Source: Phycisphaerae bacterium
GTDB taxonomy: Bacteria > Planctomycetota > Phycisphaerae > SM23-33
Length of the DNA stretch: 64,000 nucleotides
Direction: 5' to 3'
Assembly (NCBI GenBank): GCA_039683615.1
Contig: JBDKRA010000045.1
Coordinates: forward strand, 133,704-197,703
The notes below the pieces were generated by a model, which saw only the letters and a list, made by a program, of their open reading frames with translations, made no database searches and was not told where the DNA came from. Numbering within the stretch: position 1 is the stretch's first letter; each line of letters opens with the position of its first letter. The translations under genes and the position numbers were made by a program. Shown in pieces: positions 9,866 to 19,066 of this stretch.

Positions 9866-9887
9866 GTTGTGAGTTGTGAGTGGTGAG
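9862..9887. repeat. tandem heptamer repeat (GTGAGTT)x3 plus one variant, directly after the accA stop
   Basis: gtgagttgtgagttgtgagtggtgag. Confidence 0.8.
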
Positions 9888-9899
9888 CAATACAACTCA

Positions 9900-9993
9900 C
9901 CACAGAGGCTCAGAGAGAAACGAGGTAGAAGAACAGAGCCTGATTCCTGCTTTTGTTCTCGTCCTTGCCTCAGCGACCTCTGTGCCTCTGTGG
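9900..9993. repeat. CCACAGAG-type inverted repeat downstream of accA
   Basis: ccacagaggctcagagag ... cctctgtgcctctgtgg. The same motif recurs at 30966-30990. Confidence 0.6.
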
Positions 9994-10013
9994 TGATCCT
10001 TTCTGTCCCTGGC

Positions 10014-10051
10014 CTTCATTCGTCCCCATTCGTGTCATTCGTGTTCTCTCC
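10014..10051. repeat. CACGAATG-type element copy overlapping the PEP-CTERM gene stop codon
   Basis: cattcgtccccattcgtgtcattcgtgttctctcc. The TGA stop and last five codons of the PEP-CTERM gene lie inside it. Confidence 0.75.
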
Positions 10052-13000
10052 GCCCCCGCCGGCGCGCCAGGATCAAAAGCCCGCCGATAGACAGCAGGGC
10101 CATCGTCGCCGGCTCGGGCACCACAGAAATCGTGCCGCTGCTGTACAGGGCCGAGGTGTTCCAGTTCAGTCCTGGATCGCTGAAGGTCGGCAGGATCACG
10201 TCAAACGTACCGCTGATGCTGCCGCCAGCCAAGCTGAAGAGCGTGAATGTGTCGCCCAGGGAGCCTTCGAAACCGTCGTACCAGGACACATCCAGCGTCG
10301 CCCCGCTCTGCACCGTCAGCAGGCCCGGCAGGACCACCTGGTCGTACAGCGACTGGTCCGTACCACCTAGCTCCATAGCCAGGATGCTGCTGCCGCTGAG
10401 CGTCGTATCGTCCATAGTCATCACCCCGGGGCTGTGGCCGACGCTGACGTTGCCGTAGACAGTCGTGTTAACTACAGAACCGTTGCCGCGGATATCGCCG
10501 TAAACCACCAGGCCCGCGCCGGTCCCTAGCAGGCTGCCTTCATCGCCGGTGCTGCCCAGGTCGATGCCGGCCGAGCCGACCAGCACTTGGCCGTTGCCGG
10601 TGATCAGCGCCCCGGCGCCCATCGCCAATTCGGCGGCGCCGTGGATCAGGTACCCGCCGGCCAGTTCCACCGTACCGCCCGTGCCGCCGAAGGCAACCTG
10701 ATCGACGTTGAGGAACTTGCCCACCCCCACGGTGGCCTTGGCGCCATCAACCAGCGCCAGGACCGTTCCCGAGCCAAGCGTGGCATTGCCCGTGTTCCAA
10801 GTGGCCAAGGCGCCCTGTAAGGTCACACTGGCCGAGATCGTGCCGGGCATGCTGCTCAGCGCCCCGCCACTGACGACGATCGTGCCCAGGTCTTCGGTCA
10901 TCTGCAGGCGGGTGTCGCGAACGTACCCGTCGCCGAAGCGGATCTCGCCGCCGCGCAGGTAGAGGCGGTTCGCGCTGCCGGAGGCCAGGTCGCCCGTGGA
11001 CCCGAAATCGACGATTTGTCCGGCCGCCAGGTTGCGGTTGTGGTAGTTGGTCAGCGTGCCATCCACCACCAGCACACCGCCGTTCCATTCGGTCTGGGCG
11101 TGGAAGGTCGCCAGGTCGATCTCGCTGGTGAAGTGGATCTTGCCGCCGGCGCTGAGCACGTAGCGCCCGGTATCGTAGCTGCCGACATCGGCGATATAGG
11201 CGGCCGTGTCGGCCAAGACCAGTTCGCCGCCCGAGGCCACCGTCAGCAGGCTCGGCGCCAAAGCGCTGTTGCTGCGGCGGACGGCCACCGAGCCGGCCGT
11301 CACCGTCGAATCGGTAATCGTGGCGGTGGCGGCAGTCTGATCGGTAGTGCCGACGACCATGGCCGTCACGTCCACGGTGGCGTCGTCGACGGCCAGGTTG
11401 CCGCCGGCGCTACTGCCGCCGATGACGTTGACGTTGGTGTATCCAAAGCCCGATCCGGTCTTGATCGTGGTCGTGCCGCCAGAGACGTTCAACGTCGCAA
11501 TCGAGCCGGTGGCGCCGGCATTGAGGTTGGTCGTGCCGACGCTGTTGAACAGCGGAGTCGTCATCGCGCCGTCGATGCTCATCGTGCCGCCGCTGCGGAC
11601 CTCGACGCTCCGCCCGGCGTTCAGGCTACCAGCCGAGACAATGTTTACCCTGCTATCGGCGTTCTGGACGGTCAGGCACAGGACATCCTGGGCGGTATTG
11701 ACCTCGGAAACGCCGCCGTTCCAGACGCCGGCCATCGTATTGGAGGTCGGCAGCAGGCGGTCCCAGTTGCCCGTCACGTTCCACGAACCGCTGGCCGTGC
11801 TCCACAGCACCGGCAGGATGTTCGTCAACGTGATCGTGCCGTCGGTGTTGTAGTTCACCGTGCCGGTGGTGTCATACATCCACGACACCTCGCCAAAGGC
11901 CAGCGTGCTGAGATTCTGGCTGGCGATGCCTTGGTAGATCGTCATGGCCTCGGCGATGGGCTTGGTCGGATCGACGACCAGCTTGGCGTTAGCAATGGCG
12001 CCCAGGTAGCCGTTGCTGACGACCTTGTCGTAGCTGGTGGCGTCAACCGCTTCGACATACCACACCGCCCGGTCGCCCGAGGCGTTCTTGGCGAAGTCCA
12101 ACTGGGCGTTGGTGTTGGGCGCGACGGTCCAGTTGAACGTCAGCGTGCCGGCGCTGTTTCCGGGGCTGATGCCGCCGAAGGTGTTGGCGGCGTTGCGGGT
12201 GATGATAATCCGATCGCTGGTTTCGGTCAGTTGCACCGTACCCGTGCCGGCCAGGTTCTTGGTCAACTCCCAACGGTTGTTGGAGTTGTTATCGGTGAAC
12301 CGCAGGTATGCGCCGCCGGCGATGTTGACCGTGGCGCCGCTGCCGAGGTTCTCGCCCTTCCACGTTCCGCCGCTGGGGTTGCTCAGCGTCAGGTAGCCTT
12401 GCTGAATATCCCAATCGCCGGTGAACGTCGCGGCATTGTTGGAGATGCCGTTGAAGTACAACTGCCCGGCCCCGGTCTTGGTGATCGTCTCGCTGCCGGT
12501 GATCTTGCTCGACAGCCAGAACGAGTAGCCCGACCGGGTGGCCTGGATCGTCGAGGCATTGTCGACATAGATCATGCTGTTGGCGCTGTTGTCGCCGACG
12601 CGGTAGTCGGCGGCGCCGTCCAGCGACCGCAGCGTGCCGCCCTGGAGGCGCAACTCCTTGGCGATCCGGTCGCTGCCGTGATCCGCTTCGGCCACGCCGC
12701 CGGTCTGCACGAGCACCCGTCCGGTGGCGAAGCCCTCGCCCAGGCGCAGGAGCCCCGTCGGATTGTCGACCTCGATCGTGCCGCCTGATAGACCGGCGTT
12801 CTGGCCAATCCTCAGACTGCCTCCGGCAGCAATTCCGATGGTTCCGGAGTATGTGGTGCCCGCGACGGTATTGTTGAGCTGCACCCAGCCGGGACCGGTG
12901 ACGTTCAGGTCGCCGCTGCCGTTGAGCTGCGAGCCGATGTGCAGGTACCGCCCCGCATAGGACCCCTGCAATGTCGAGGTGCTGTCAACGTACAGCTTGG

Positions 13001-15473
13001 ACGTGGAGTTGTACGTTCCAACGTAATAGTCGGCGTTGCCGTTGTAGGACCGCAGCGTCCCGCCGTCGAGGCGCAGTTCCACAGCGTTGCGCCAATCGCT
13101 CAGGTCGGCTTCGGCCACGCCGCCGTCGTCAACGATCACCTTGCCGGTTGCCCAGCCTTCGCCCAGGCGGAAGAGGCCCTGGGTGAGCAGGATTGTGCCG
13201 CCGGAGAGAGCGTTGGCGTGGTTCATGCGCAGGTTGCCGTTGGCGGCCAGTTGAATCGTGCCGCTATACGTGGAACCGGCGACGTTGTTCTGAAGGTTCA
13301 CCCAGCCCGGGCCGTTAACGGTCAGTCCGCCGGCGCCCTGAAGTTGTGCGCCGATAGTCAAGGCTCCACTGGCATTAGGGGCCGTGATGGACGAGGCGCT
13401 GTCCACGTACAGCTTGGAGTTGGTGTTGTAGTGCCCAGCGTAGTAGGTTGCCGCGCCGTTGTACGCTCGCAGCGTGCCGCCATCGAGCCGCAGTTGCGCT
13501 GCCTGCCGCCAATCGGTCAGGTCGGCCTCCACTATCCCGCCCGCGGCGGCGACCACCTTGCCGTTGGCGAAACCTTCGCCCAACTGGAACAGACCGCTGC
13601 CGGTTCCGAGAGAAATCGTGCCGCCGGAGAGGCCGTTGGCATTTTCCATCCGCAGCTTGCTGCTGCCATCGACGCTGATCGTGCCGGTATAGGTCGTGCT
13701 CAGGGCGTTGTAGCCCAGCATGACGCCGGCGCCGCTGGTGGCACTGGTGATGTTCAGATCGGCCGAGCCGTTGAACTGCGAACGAATGTACAGCCAGTTG
13801 CCGCTGGTTACAGCCGCACTGGTGCCAATCGTCGAGGCGCTATCCACGTAGATCTTGCTGTTGGTCGAGTTGTTGCCGACGCGGGCATTGTTCGTGACGC
13901 CCCGCAGGGTGCCGCCTTTGAGGTACAGGGCATAAGCCGGAGCGCCGTCGCCGGTATTGTCCGCTTCGGCCACGCCGCCGGTGTTGACCTCGACCTTGCC
14001 GTTGAGGAAGCCCGACCCCAACTGGAACTGCCCGCTGGTGCCGTCCAGGCTGATCGTCCCGCCCGCCAGACCGTACTGATTGTTCATGCGCAGATGGCCA
14101 TCGGGCGCTACCGTGATGATTCCGCCGGCGTACGTGCTGGCGGCCAAACCATAGTTGAGCCCGACCCAGCCCGGACCGGTGACGTTCAGCCCGCCGCTGC
14201 CGTTGAGCTGCGCGGAGATGTACATGTACTGCCCGGCGACCTTACCCTGAAGCGTTGAGGCATTGTCGACATAGATCTTGCTGTTGGCCGTGCCGTCGCC
14301 GATGCTCCAATTGTTGTACCCGCGAACGGTTCCGCCCTGGAGGTGAAGATTGTAGACCGGCGCGTTGTTGTTGTCATTTTCGAGGATGCCGTTGGTCTTG
14401 ATGTTGACCGTGCCGCTGGTGAAGCCGTCGCCGACGTACATCAGGCCGGTGGCGTTCTCGACATTGATCGTGCCGCCCGAGAGCCCCAGGCGGTTGGCCA
14501 TCCTCAACGTGCCCCCCTCGGCGATAGTGATAATCCCGCTGTACGTGTTGCCCGCGAGGTTATTGTTGAGCCCCACCAGCCCAGGACCTACTACATTCAG
14601 GTTGCCAGCGCCGTTGAGCTGGGCATAGATGTACATGTACTGATTGGCCACCGAGCCCTTGAGGGTGGAATCATTGTCGACATAGATCTTGCTGGTGGAA
14701 CCGCCGTCGCCGATGTTCCAATTGTTGTAGCCCTGCAGCGTGCCGCCCTGCAGGCGAAGCGTGGACGTGCGGCCGGCGTTATTGGTATTGGTCGCCACCC
14801 CGCCAGTCAGGACCTTGACCGTACCGGAGTTGAAACTCGACAGGTCCAACTCATCGGCATCCACTTCCAACGACCCGCTGCCCAGAAACGTAGTGCTGTT
14901 CTCCAGGCGCACGCGCCCGCCGTTGATCGTCATCGTGCCTGCCCACGTGCCTCCGGTCTGCGCTCCATTAAGGATGAGCAGCCCGGAACCCGTCTTTTGC
15001 AGATTGCCGCTGCCGCCGACGCCGGCATTGACCTTGGTGTTCAACCGAAGCGTGCCACTGGCGTTGGCCACATGCAGGTACGATGTCGTCACGCCTTCGC
15101 CCGCGTCGGCGTCGTTGACCGAGATCTGCCCGGCGGTGTTGTAGATCTGCGTCTCGTCGGTCCGCACGTTCGCCAGTGTGCCGCCATTGAGGATCAGGTT
15201 TTGCGCGGCCACCCAGTTGTCATTGACGTTCAACTGGCCTTCGAGCGTCAGCGCGCCGTTAAAGTACGACCCGCCGCCATCGGTGACGGCCGTGAACCCG
15301 CTGCCGATGAGGAACGTGTCGCTGGCCCAGACGGGCGTGGGCGATTCGGGATCCCAGTTGCCAACGGTCCGCCAGTTCTGGTTGGCCCCGCCGGCATCCC
15401 ATGTGTAGCTGGTAGCCTGAGCGGACGCCACGGCCAGCGCAAGCAAGGTAAATGATAGGGCGACGTGTTTCAT
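10035..15473 (-). CDS. giant PEP-CTERM-anchored surface protein with about 7 tandem PATR-like (autotransporter-associated beta-strand) repeats
   Basis: Signal peptide MKHVALSFTLLALAVASAQA with GAGGAG 7 nt upstream of the ATG at 15473. C-terminus VPEPATMALLSIGGLLILARRRGRR is a PEP-CTERM sorting signal. Roughly 150-aa units (LRLxGGTLxxYNxxxxGDxxxNSKIYVDxxSTL...NTYSGTI...GGTLRM) repeat about 7 times. Confidence 0.7.
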   Translation of the reverse strand: MKHVALSFTLLALAVASAQATSYTWDAGGANQNWRTVGNWDPESPTPVWASDTFLIGSGFTAVTDGGGSYFNGALTLEGQLNVNDNWVAAQNLILNGGTLANVRTDETQIYNTAGQISVNDADAGEGVTTSYLHVANASGTLRLNTKVNAGVGGSGNLQKTGSGLLILNGAQTGGTWAGTMTINGGRVRLENSTTFLGSGSLEVDADELDLSSFNSGTVKVLTGGVATNTNNAGRTSTLRLQGGTLQGYNNWNIGDGGSTSKIYVDNDSTLKGSVANQYMYIYAQLNGAGNLNVVGPGLVGLNNNLAGNTYSGIITIAEGGTLRMANRLGLSGGTINVENATGLMYVGDGFTSGTVNIKTNGILENDNNNAPVYNLHLQGGTVRGYNNWSIGDGTANSKIYVDNASTLQGKVAGQYMYISAQLNGSGGLNVTGPGWVGLNYGLAASTYAGGIITVAPDGHLRMNNQYGLAGGTISLDGTSGQFQLGSGFLNGKVEVNTGGVAEADNTGDGAPAYALYLKGGTLRGVTNNARVGNNSTNSKIYVDSASTIGTSAAVTSGNWLYIRSQFNGSADLNITSATSGAGVMLGYNALSTTYTGTISVDGSSKLRMENANGLSGGTISLGTGSGLFQLGEGFANGKVVAAAGGIVEADLTDWRQAAQLRLDGGTLRAYNGAATYYAGHYNTNSKLYVDSASSITAPNASGALTIGAQLQGAGGLTVNGPGWVNLQNNVAGSTYSGTIQLAANGNLRMNHANALSGGTILLTQGLFRLGEGWATGKVIVDDGGVAEADLSDWRNAVELRLDGGTLRSYNGNADYYVGTYNSTSKLYVDSTSTLQGSYAGRYLHIGSQLNGSGDLNVTGPGWVQLNNTVAGTTYSGTIGIAAGGSLRIGQNAGLSGGTIEVDNPTGLLRLGEGFATGRVLVQTGGVAEADHGSDRIAKELRLQGGTLRSLDGAADYRVGDNSANSMIYVDNASTIQATRSGYSFWLSSKITGSETITKTGAGQLYFNGISNNAATFTGDWDIQQGYLTLSNPSGGTWKGENLGSGATVNIAGGAYLRFTDNNSNNRWELTKNLAGTGTVQLTETSDRIIITRNAANTFGGISPGNSAGTLTFNWTVAPNTNAQLDFAKNASGDRAVWYVEAVDATSYDKVVSNGYLGAIANAKLVVDPTKPIAEAMTIYQGIASQNLSTLAFGEVSWMYDTTGTVNYNTDGTITLTNILPVLWSTASGSWNVTGNWDRLLPTSNTMAGVWNGGVSEVNTAQDVLCLTVQNADSRVNIVSAGSLNAGRSVEVRSGGTMSIDGAMTTPLFNSVGTTNLNAGATGSIATLNVSGGTTTIKTGSGFGYTNVNVIGGSSAGGNLAVDDATVDVTAMVVGTTDQTAATATITDSTVTAGSVAVRRSNSALAPSLLTVASGGELVLADTAAYIADVGSYDTGRYVLSAGGKIHFTSEIDLATFHAQTEWNGGVLVVDGTLTNYHNRNLAAGQIVDFGSTGDLASGSANRLYLRGGEIRFGDGYVRDTRLQMTEDLGTIVVSGGALSSMPGTISASVTLQGALATWNTGNATLGSGTVLALVDGAKATVGVGKFLNVDQVAFGGTGGTVELAGGYLIHGAAELAMGAGALITGNGQVLVGSAGIDLGSTGDEGSLLGTGAGLVVYGDIRGNGSVVNTTVYGNVSVGHSPGVMTMDDTTLSGSSILAMELGGTDQSLYDQVVLPGLLTVQSGATLDVSWYDGFEGSLGDTFTLFSLAGGSISGTFDVILPTFSDPGLNWNTSALYSSGTISVVPEPATMALLSIGGLLILARRRGRREHE

Positions 15474-16071
15474 TACGTTTCTCCTCATAGGAAACGCTTT
15501 CCTGTTGGCGGCCAAAAACGCTAAAAGAACTGCCTCTTCCTTTTGCCGGGGAACTGATCCTCTGCCCGACGGGGAGTATGCTACCCGAAAATGCCCATTT
15601 TGACAAGTGTAATCCCTGGCCCCATTGACTTTTTTTTCCAGCGAATGAACAGCGGCCAGTCAGGCACAGGAACCCCGAGGGCATTCTTGCCCAATTGCGT
15701 CATAGCAGTTCGTCGGCGTGGTAAACCGCGGCAACAGGAAACTCCATAGAAAACAAAGAAGAAAAGTGATGTCCCGGCGGCACCCCCGACCGCATGCCGC
15801 CGGGACGTTGTTTCATGGCCCCCAACTGTCGGGAAACTTCCTGCTTATTCAAACCGTCTTGCTCTTCCGCGCTCGCGAGAGCAGATACAGGACCAACTGC
15901 TCCTGCCAGTGCAGCGTCGCCAGCAGGTCGTTGAGCTCTCCGGCAGTATCGGCCGAGAACGCCCGACGTGCGGGCAGAAGCGTTGCATTGCAGCGGGTTG
16001 TTCGCTTTTTCGTTTGTTTACCGGCCATTGGACGATATACTCCCCACTATGGTCTGGCACCTTCGCGATGG

Positions 16072-16086
16072 CGAACAATATATTCG
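16072..16086. promoter_or_regulatory. SOS-box-like imperfect palindrome upstream of the LexA/CI-like repressor gene
   Basis: CGAACAATATATTCG, 55 nt upstream of the ATG. Compare the GAAC-N4-GTTC Cheo-box class. Flanked by inverted 10-mers GACGATATAC (16031-16040) / GTATATCGTC (16094-16103) and a direct repeat TTTGCGTAT x2. Confidence 0.3.
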
Positions 16087-16140
16087 TCTTTGCGTATATC
16101 GTCAAACACAAAATTACGTCTTTACGAAAAATATTTGCGT

Positions 16141-17238
16141 ATGGCCGATGCCAATTCATGCCGAGACCCGATCTGCCTGCGAATTGCCCAGGTTCGCGCC
16201 GAATCCATGGGTCCTCGCGGTAAAGCTCGATTTGCCAAGGCCTTGTGCCTATCGCCGAGCACGTATGAATACTACGAGCGGTCGCGCGTGCCGCCGGCTT
16301 CGGTGCTGGTCAAGATCGCCCAGGTAGCGGGGGTAGACCTTCGGTGGCTGCTGACGGGCGAAGGGTCCGCTGCCGCAGCGGCACAGGCGGCCACAAACCA
16401 CCCCGCCCTGCAGCGAGCCGCCGCCCTGATAGGCGATTACCCTCATGCCGCGGGACCGCTGGCGGCGTTTCTGGACCTGCTGGCTGCCGCGATGGAGTTT
16501 CCGCAGAAGGAAGACGCCGGCGCGACAGAAGGCGCCAAGTCGCAATCGCCGGGCCGAATAGTCGCCCCAGCAGAAGGTTCTCCGCAAGTGGCGAATGCTA
16601 TCGCGGATCTTGTCGCTGAGGCGATTCCTGTTGCGGGGGACGAAACAATGAGCGTGGAGAGGATTGCGACTCTGCCCGCCGGTTCGGCGTTCAAGGACGT
16701 CCCCGCTCGGTCGTGGGTTCCCATCCTGGGACGCAGCGCCGCCGGCGTTCCGCAGTTCTGGGACGGGCGCGACCGTGCCGCCGGCGTTACCACGCTGAGC
16801 GACCTGATCGAGCGCCACGCGAAGGCTCCGGCAGTGATACACGAAGCCTCGACGCGCTGGGCTGATTCGCCGGCCGCCCCACAGACGGTGCAGATCATCA
16901 CGCTGACCGCCCCTGCCGACGAGGTCTCGCAGTTTGTGGCCGCCGCGGACATCAAGGCCCGCTATAGCGACGCCTTCGCCGTTCGCATCGATGGCGATTC
17001 GATGTCCCCCGACATTCGCCACGGCGATCTGGTGGTGCTGAGCCCGACGGAGCCGGCCCGGGACGGCAAGGCCGCCATCGTGCAACTCGATGGACAGATC
17101 GGCGTGACGTGCAAGCTCTACCGCCGCAGCGGCCTGAGCGTTCATCTGATCCCCATCAACGAACGCGTGCCCCACACGGTGGTAGCCGCCGAAGCGGTGC
17201 AATGGGCTCTGCGTGTTCTGGCGCTGGTGCGAGCGTAA
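16141..17238 (+). CDS. LexA/phage CI-like repressor (XRE-type HTH plus S24 peptidase domain)
   Basis: N-terminus FAKALCLSPSTYEYYERSRVPPASVLVKIAQVAGVDLRWLLTGEG is an XRE-type HTH. C-terminus IDGDSMSPDIRHGDLVVL...VTCKLY carries the S24 Ser/Lys dyad context. An Ala/Pro-rich linker of about 190 aa separates them. ATG at 16141 follows a roughly 600-bp AT-rich upstream region. The track start at 15718 is rejected. Confidence 0.6.
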   Translation: MADANSCRDPICLRIAQVRAESMGPRGKARFAKALCLSPSTYEYYERSRVPPASVLVKIAQVAGVDLRWLLTGEGSAAAAAQAATNHPALQRAAALIGDYPHAAGPLAAFLDLLAAAMEFPQKEDAGATEGAKSQSPGRIVAPAEGSPQVANAIADLVAEAIPVAGDETMSVERIATLPAGSAFKDVPARSWVPILGRSAAGVPQFWDGRDRAAGVTTLSDLIERHAKAPAVIHEASTRWADSPAAPQTVQIITLTAPADEVSQFVAAADIKARYSDAFAVRIDGDSMSPDIRHGDLVVLSPTEPARDGKAAIVQLDGQIGVTCKLYRRSGLSVHLIPINERVPHTVVAAEAVQWALRVLALVRA

Positions 17239-17243
17239 GAAAG

Positions 17244-17288
17244 AAGGACCCAAAGGACGACAAGGACGACAAGGACCGCAAGGACAGC
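17244..17288. repeat. tandem 9-mer repeat (AAGGACNNC)x5 in a convergent intergenic region
   Basis: aaggaccca aaggacgac aaggacgac aaggaccgc aaggacagc. Confidence 0.8.
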
Positions 17289-17323
17289 TGATTCAGTCTC
17301 CAGAAACCTTACAGTCCGCTTGG

Positions 17324-17857
17324 CTAGTAGCACACCCACTGCGTCACGGCGCGGGTCTCGTAGACGGCTGGGACCAGAACCTGAACCTGCTGCATCTGGT
17401 ACTGGGCGGGAACCAGGATCTGCTCGGTCCGCGCGGGGACTGTCACGGTGTGGGGGTTGCCCATCGAATCGTAGACGACTTCACATCCGCCGGGGATGTA
17501 CTGCGTCTCATAGTGTGCGGGGGCGACCATCACCTGCTGACACTGAACTTCATAGCGGGCGGGGCTGACCAGAACTTGCTGGTAGACCGTCTCGTAGTGT
17601 CCGGCCGGGGCGAGGATGGCGGCGCCGATGGCAAGTCCGATTCTCAGCCCGTCGTGCCGGCCGCCGTCACGATGATCGCCGTCACGGCGGTCGCGATCGT
17701 AGCGGAGCGCAACATGCGCCGAGGCCGGACGAGGCGCAGCCGCGGCGCGGCGGGGAGCTGGGGCCGGCCTGCGGTCGGCGGCCATCGCAAAGGCCGGGAA
17801 GATCAGGGTGGCGATTGTCAGGCTTGCCGCTGCGATCATCTTGCGATGGGTTGTCAT
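17324..17857 (-). CDS. small secreted protein with 14-residue YE(T/V)xxQQVxVxPA repeats
   Basis: AAAGGAGA sits 7 nt upstream of the ATG. Signal peptide MIAAASLTIATLIFPAFAMA. Repeats HYETVYQQVLVSPA / RYEVQCQQVMVAPA / ...QYQMQQVQVLVPA / VYETRAVTQWVCY. GC3-rich codon usage matches the genome. The overlapping + strand ORF 17213..17929 is rejected. Confidence 0.45.
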   Translation of the reverse strand: MTTHRKMIAAASLTIATLIFPAFAMAADRRPAPAPRRAAAAPRPASAHVALRYDRDRRDGDHRDGGRHDGLRIGLAIGAAILAPAGHYETVYQQVLVSPARYEVQCQQVMVAPAHYETQYIPGGCEVVYDSMGNPHTVTVPARTEQILVPAQYQMQQVQVLVPAVYETRAVTQWVCY

Positions 17858-18006
17858 GGCCGGTCTCCTTTATTCGATTATCACGGTTCAGCAGGTATGT
17901 CCATCGCCGGAGGCGGCGGGTTACATTAGGCGTCAAGAAATATTGCCCCAGCGCGCAACGCACAGCCGCCCGCCTTAGAATGAACTGTGAAGCGGAGAGA
18001 GCTCTT

Positions 18007-18993
18007 ATGAACGATTGGCTTGTGATCATCCCGCTGCTGGCGGCAGCGATGCTTGTGGCGGCATGCTCGCGCAGCTCGGGCGAGGCCCCGGCGCGGGCCG
18101 TGCCGGGAGCGTACCATTCCCCCGTAGGACCCATGCCGCCGCTGACGGCTGAGGAAAAAGAGGTCATCGTGAACAAGGGGACCGAGCGGTCCGGCAGCGG
18201 CAAATATCTGTCCACGACGGCCGAGGGCGTCTACCTTTGCCGCCAGTGCGGGGCTCCGCTGTATCTATCCGACAGCAAGTTCGCCTCCGACTGCGGTTGG
18301 CCGAGTTTTGACGACGAGATCGCCGGCGCCGTGAAGCGCCAAAGCGAGGGTCCGCGGACCGAGATCGTCTGTGCCAACTGCGGCGGGCATCTCGGCCACG
18401 TGTTCCAAGGCGAGGGACTCACCCCGCGCGACACGCGGCACTGCGTGAACTCGCTGTCGCTGACATTCGTGCCGCGGCAGAAGTGGCCGCTCGAGCGGGC
18501 GGTCTTCGCCGGCGGGTGCTTCTGGGGCGTCGAGCACCTGCTGCGCCAGACCAGCGGCGTCATCGCCGTCCGCTCCGGGTATACCGGCGGCACGACGCAG
18601 CGCCCGACGTATCAGCAGGTCTGCACCGGCCGCACCGGACACGCCGAGGCGGTGGAAGTTCTCTTCGACCCGGCCAAGGTCAGCTACGAGCAGCTTGCGC
18701 GGGAGTTCTTCGAGATCCACGACCCGACCACGCTCAATCGCCAGGGCCCTGACGCCGGCACGCAGTACCGTTCCGCTGTCTTCTGCACCACGCCCGCCCA
18801 GAAGGAAACCGTCGAGCGGTTGATCGCCTTGCTCAAGCAGCGCGGGTACAAGGTCGTGACGCAGGTCGAGCCGGCGGCGACCTTCTGGCCAGCCGAGGAC
18901 TATCACCAGGACTACCTGGGCAAGCATCCCGAGCGTCCGAGTTGCCACATCCCTGTCAATCGGTTCGGCGCGGCGACGCAACCGGTGCGATGA
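18007..18993 (+). CDS. msrBA: bifunctional peptide-methionine sulfoxide reductase MsrB-MsrA, predicted lipoprotein
   Basis: Lipobox LVAAC after MNDWLVIIPLLAAAM. MsrB Zn/catalytic motifs CRQCGAPLY...CGWPSF...CANCGGHLGHVF. MsrA motifs AVFAGGCFWGVEHL...YHQDYL. Confidence 0.8.
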   Translation: MNDWLVIIPLLAAAMLVAACSRSSGEAPARAVPGAYHSPVGPMPPLTAEEKEVIVNKGTERSGSGKYLSTTAEGVYLCRQCGAPLYLSDSKFASDCGWPSFDDEIAGAVKRQSEGPRTEIVCANCGGHLGHVFQGEGLTPRDTRHCVNSLSLTFVPRQKWPLERAVFAGGCFWGVEHLLRQTSGVIAVRSGYTGGTTQRPTYQQVCTGRTGHAEAVEVLFDPAKVSYEQLAREFFEIHDPTTLNRQGPDAGTQYRSAVFCTTPAQKETVERLIALLKQRGYKVVTQVEPAATFWPAEDYHQDYLGKHPERPSCHIPVNRFGAATQPVR

Positions 18994-19066
18994 GATTACC
19001 GATTACGAATTAATTGCCGCGTCACGATGATGACTGCGGCATCGGGATGACTTAGAATATCACTTC

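Noticed and set aside
9862-9887. Possible CRISPR array from heptamer/other short tandem repeats
   Set aside because: Units are 7-9 bp with no spacers. No repeat-spacer architecture anywhere in the window.
15718-16140. N-terminal 141 codons of the track ORF for the repressor
   Set aside because: They translate an AT-rich promoter region with palindromes. The HTH begins right after the ATG at 16141.
17213-17929. 238-aa + strand ORF overlapping the secreted repeat protein gene
   Set aside because: No SD or signal peptide and a Gly/Arg-rich artefact-like translation. The minus-strand gene has AAGGAG, a signal peptide and genome-typical codon usage.
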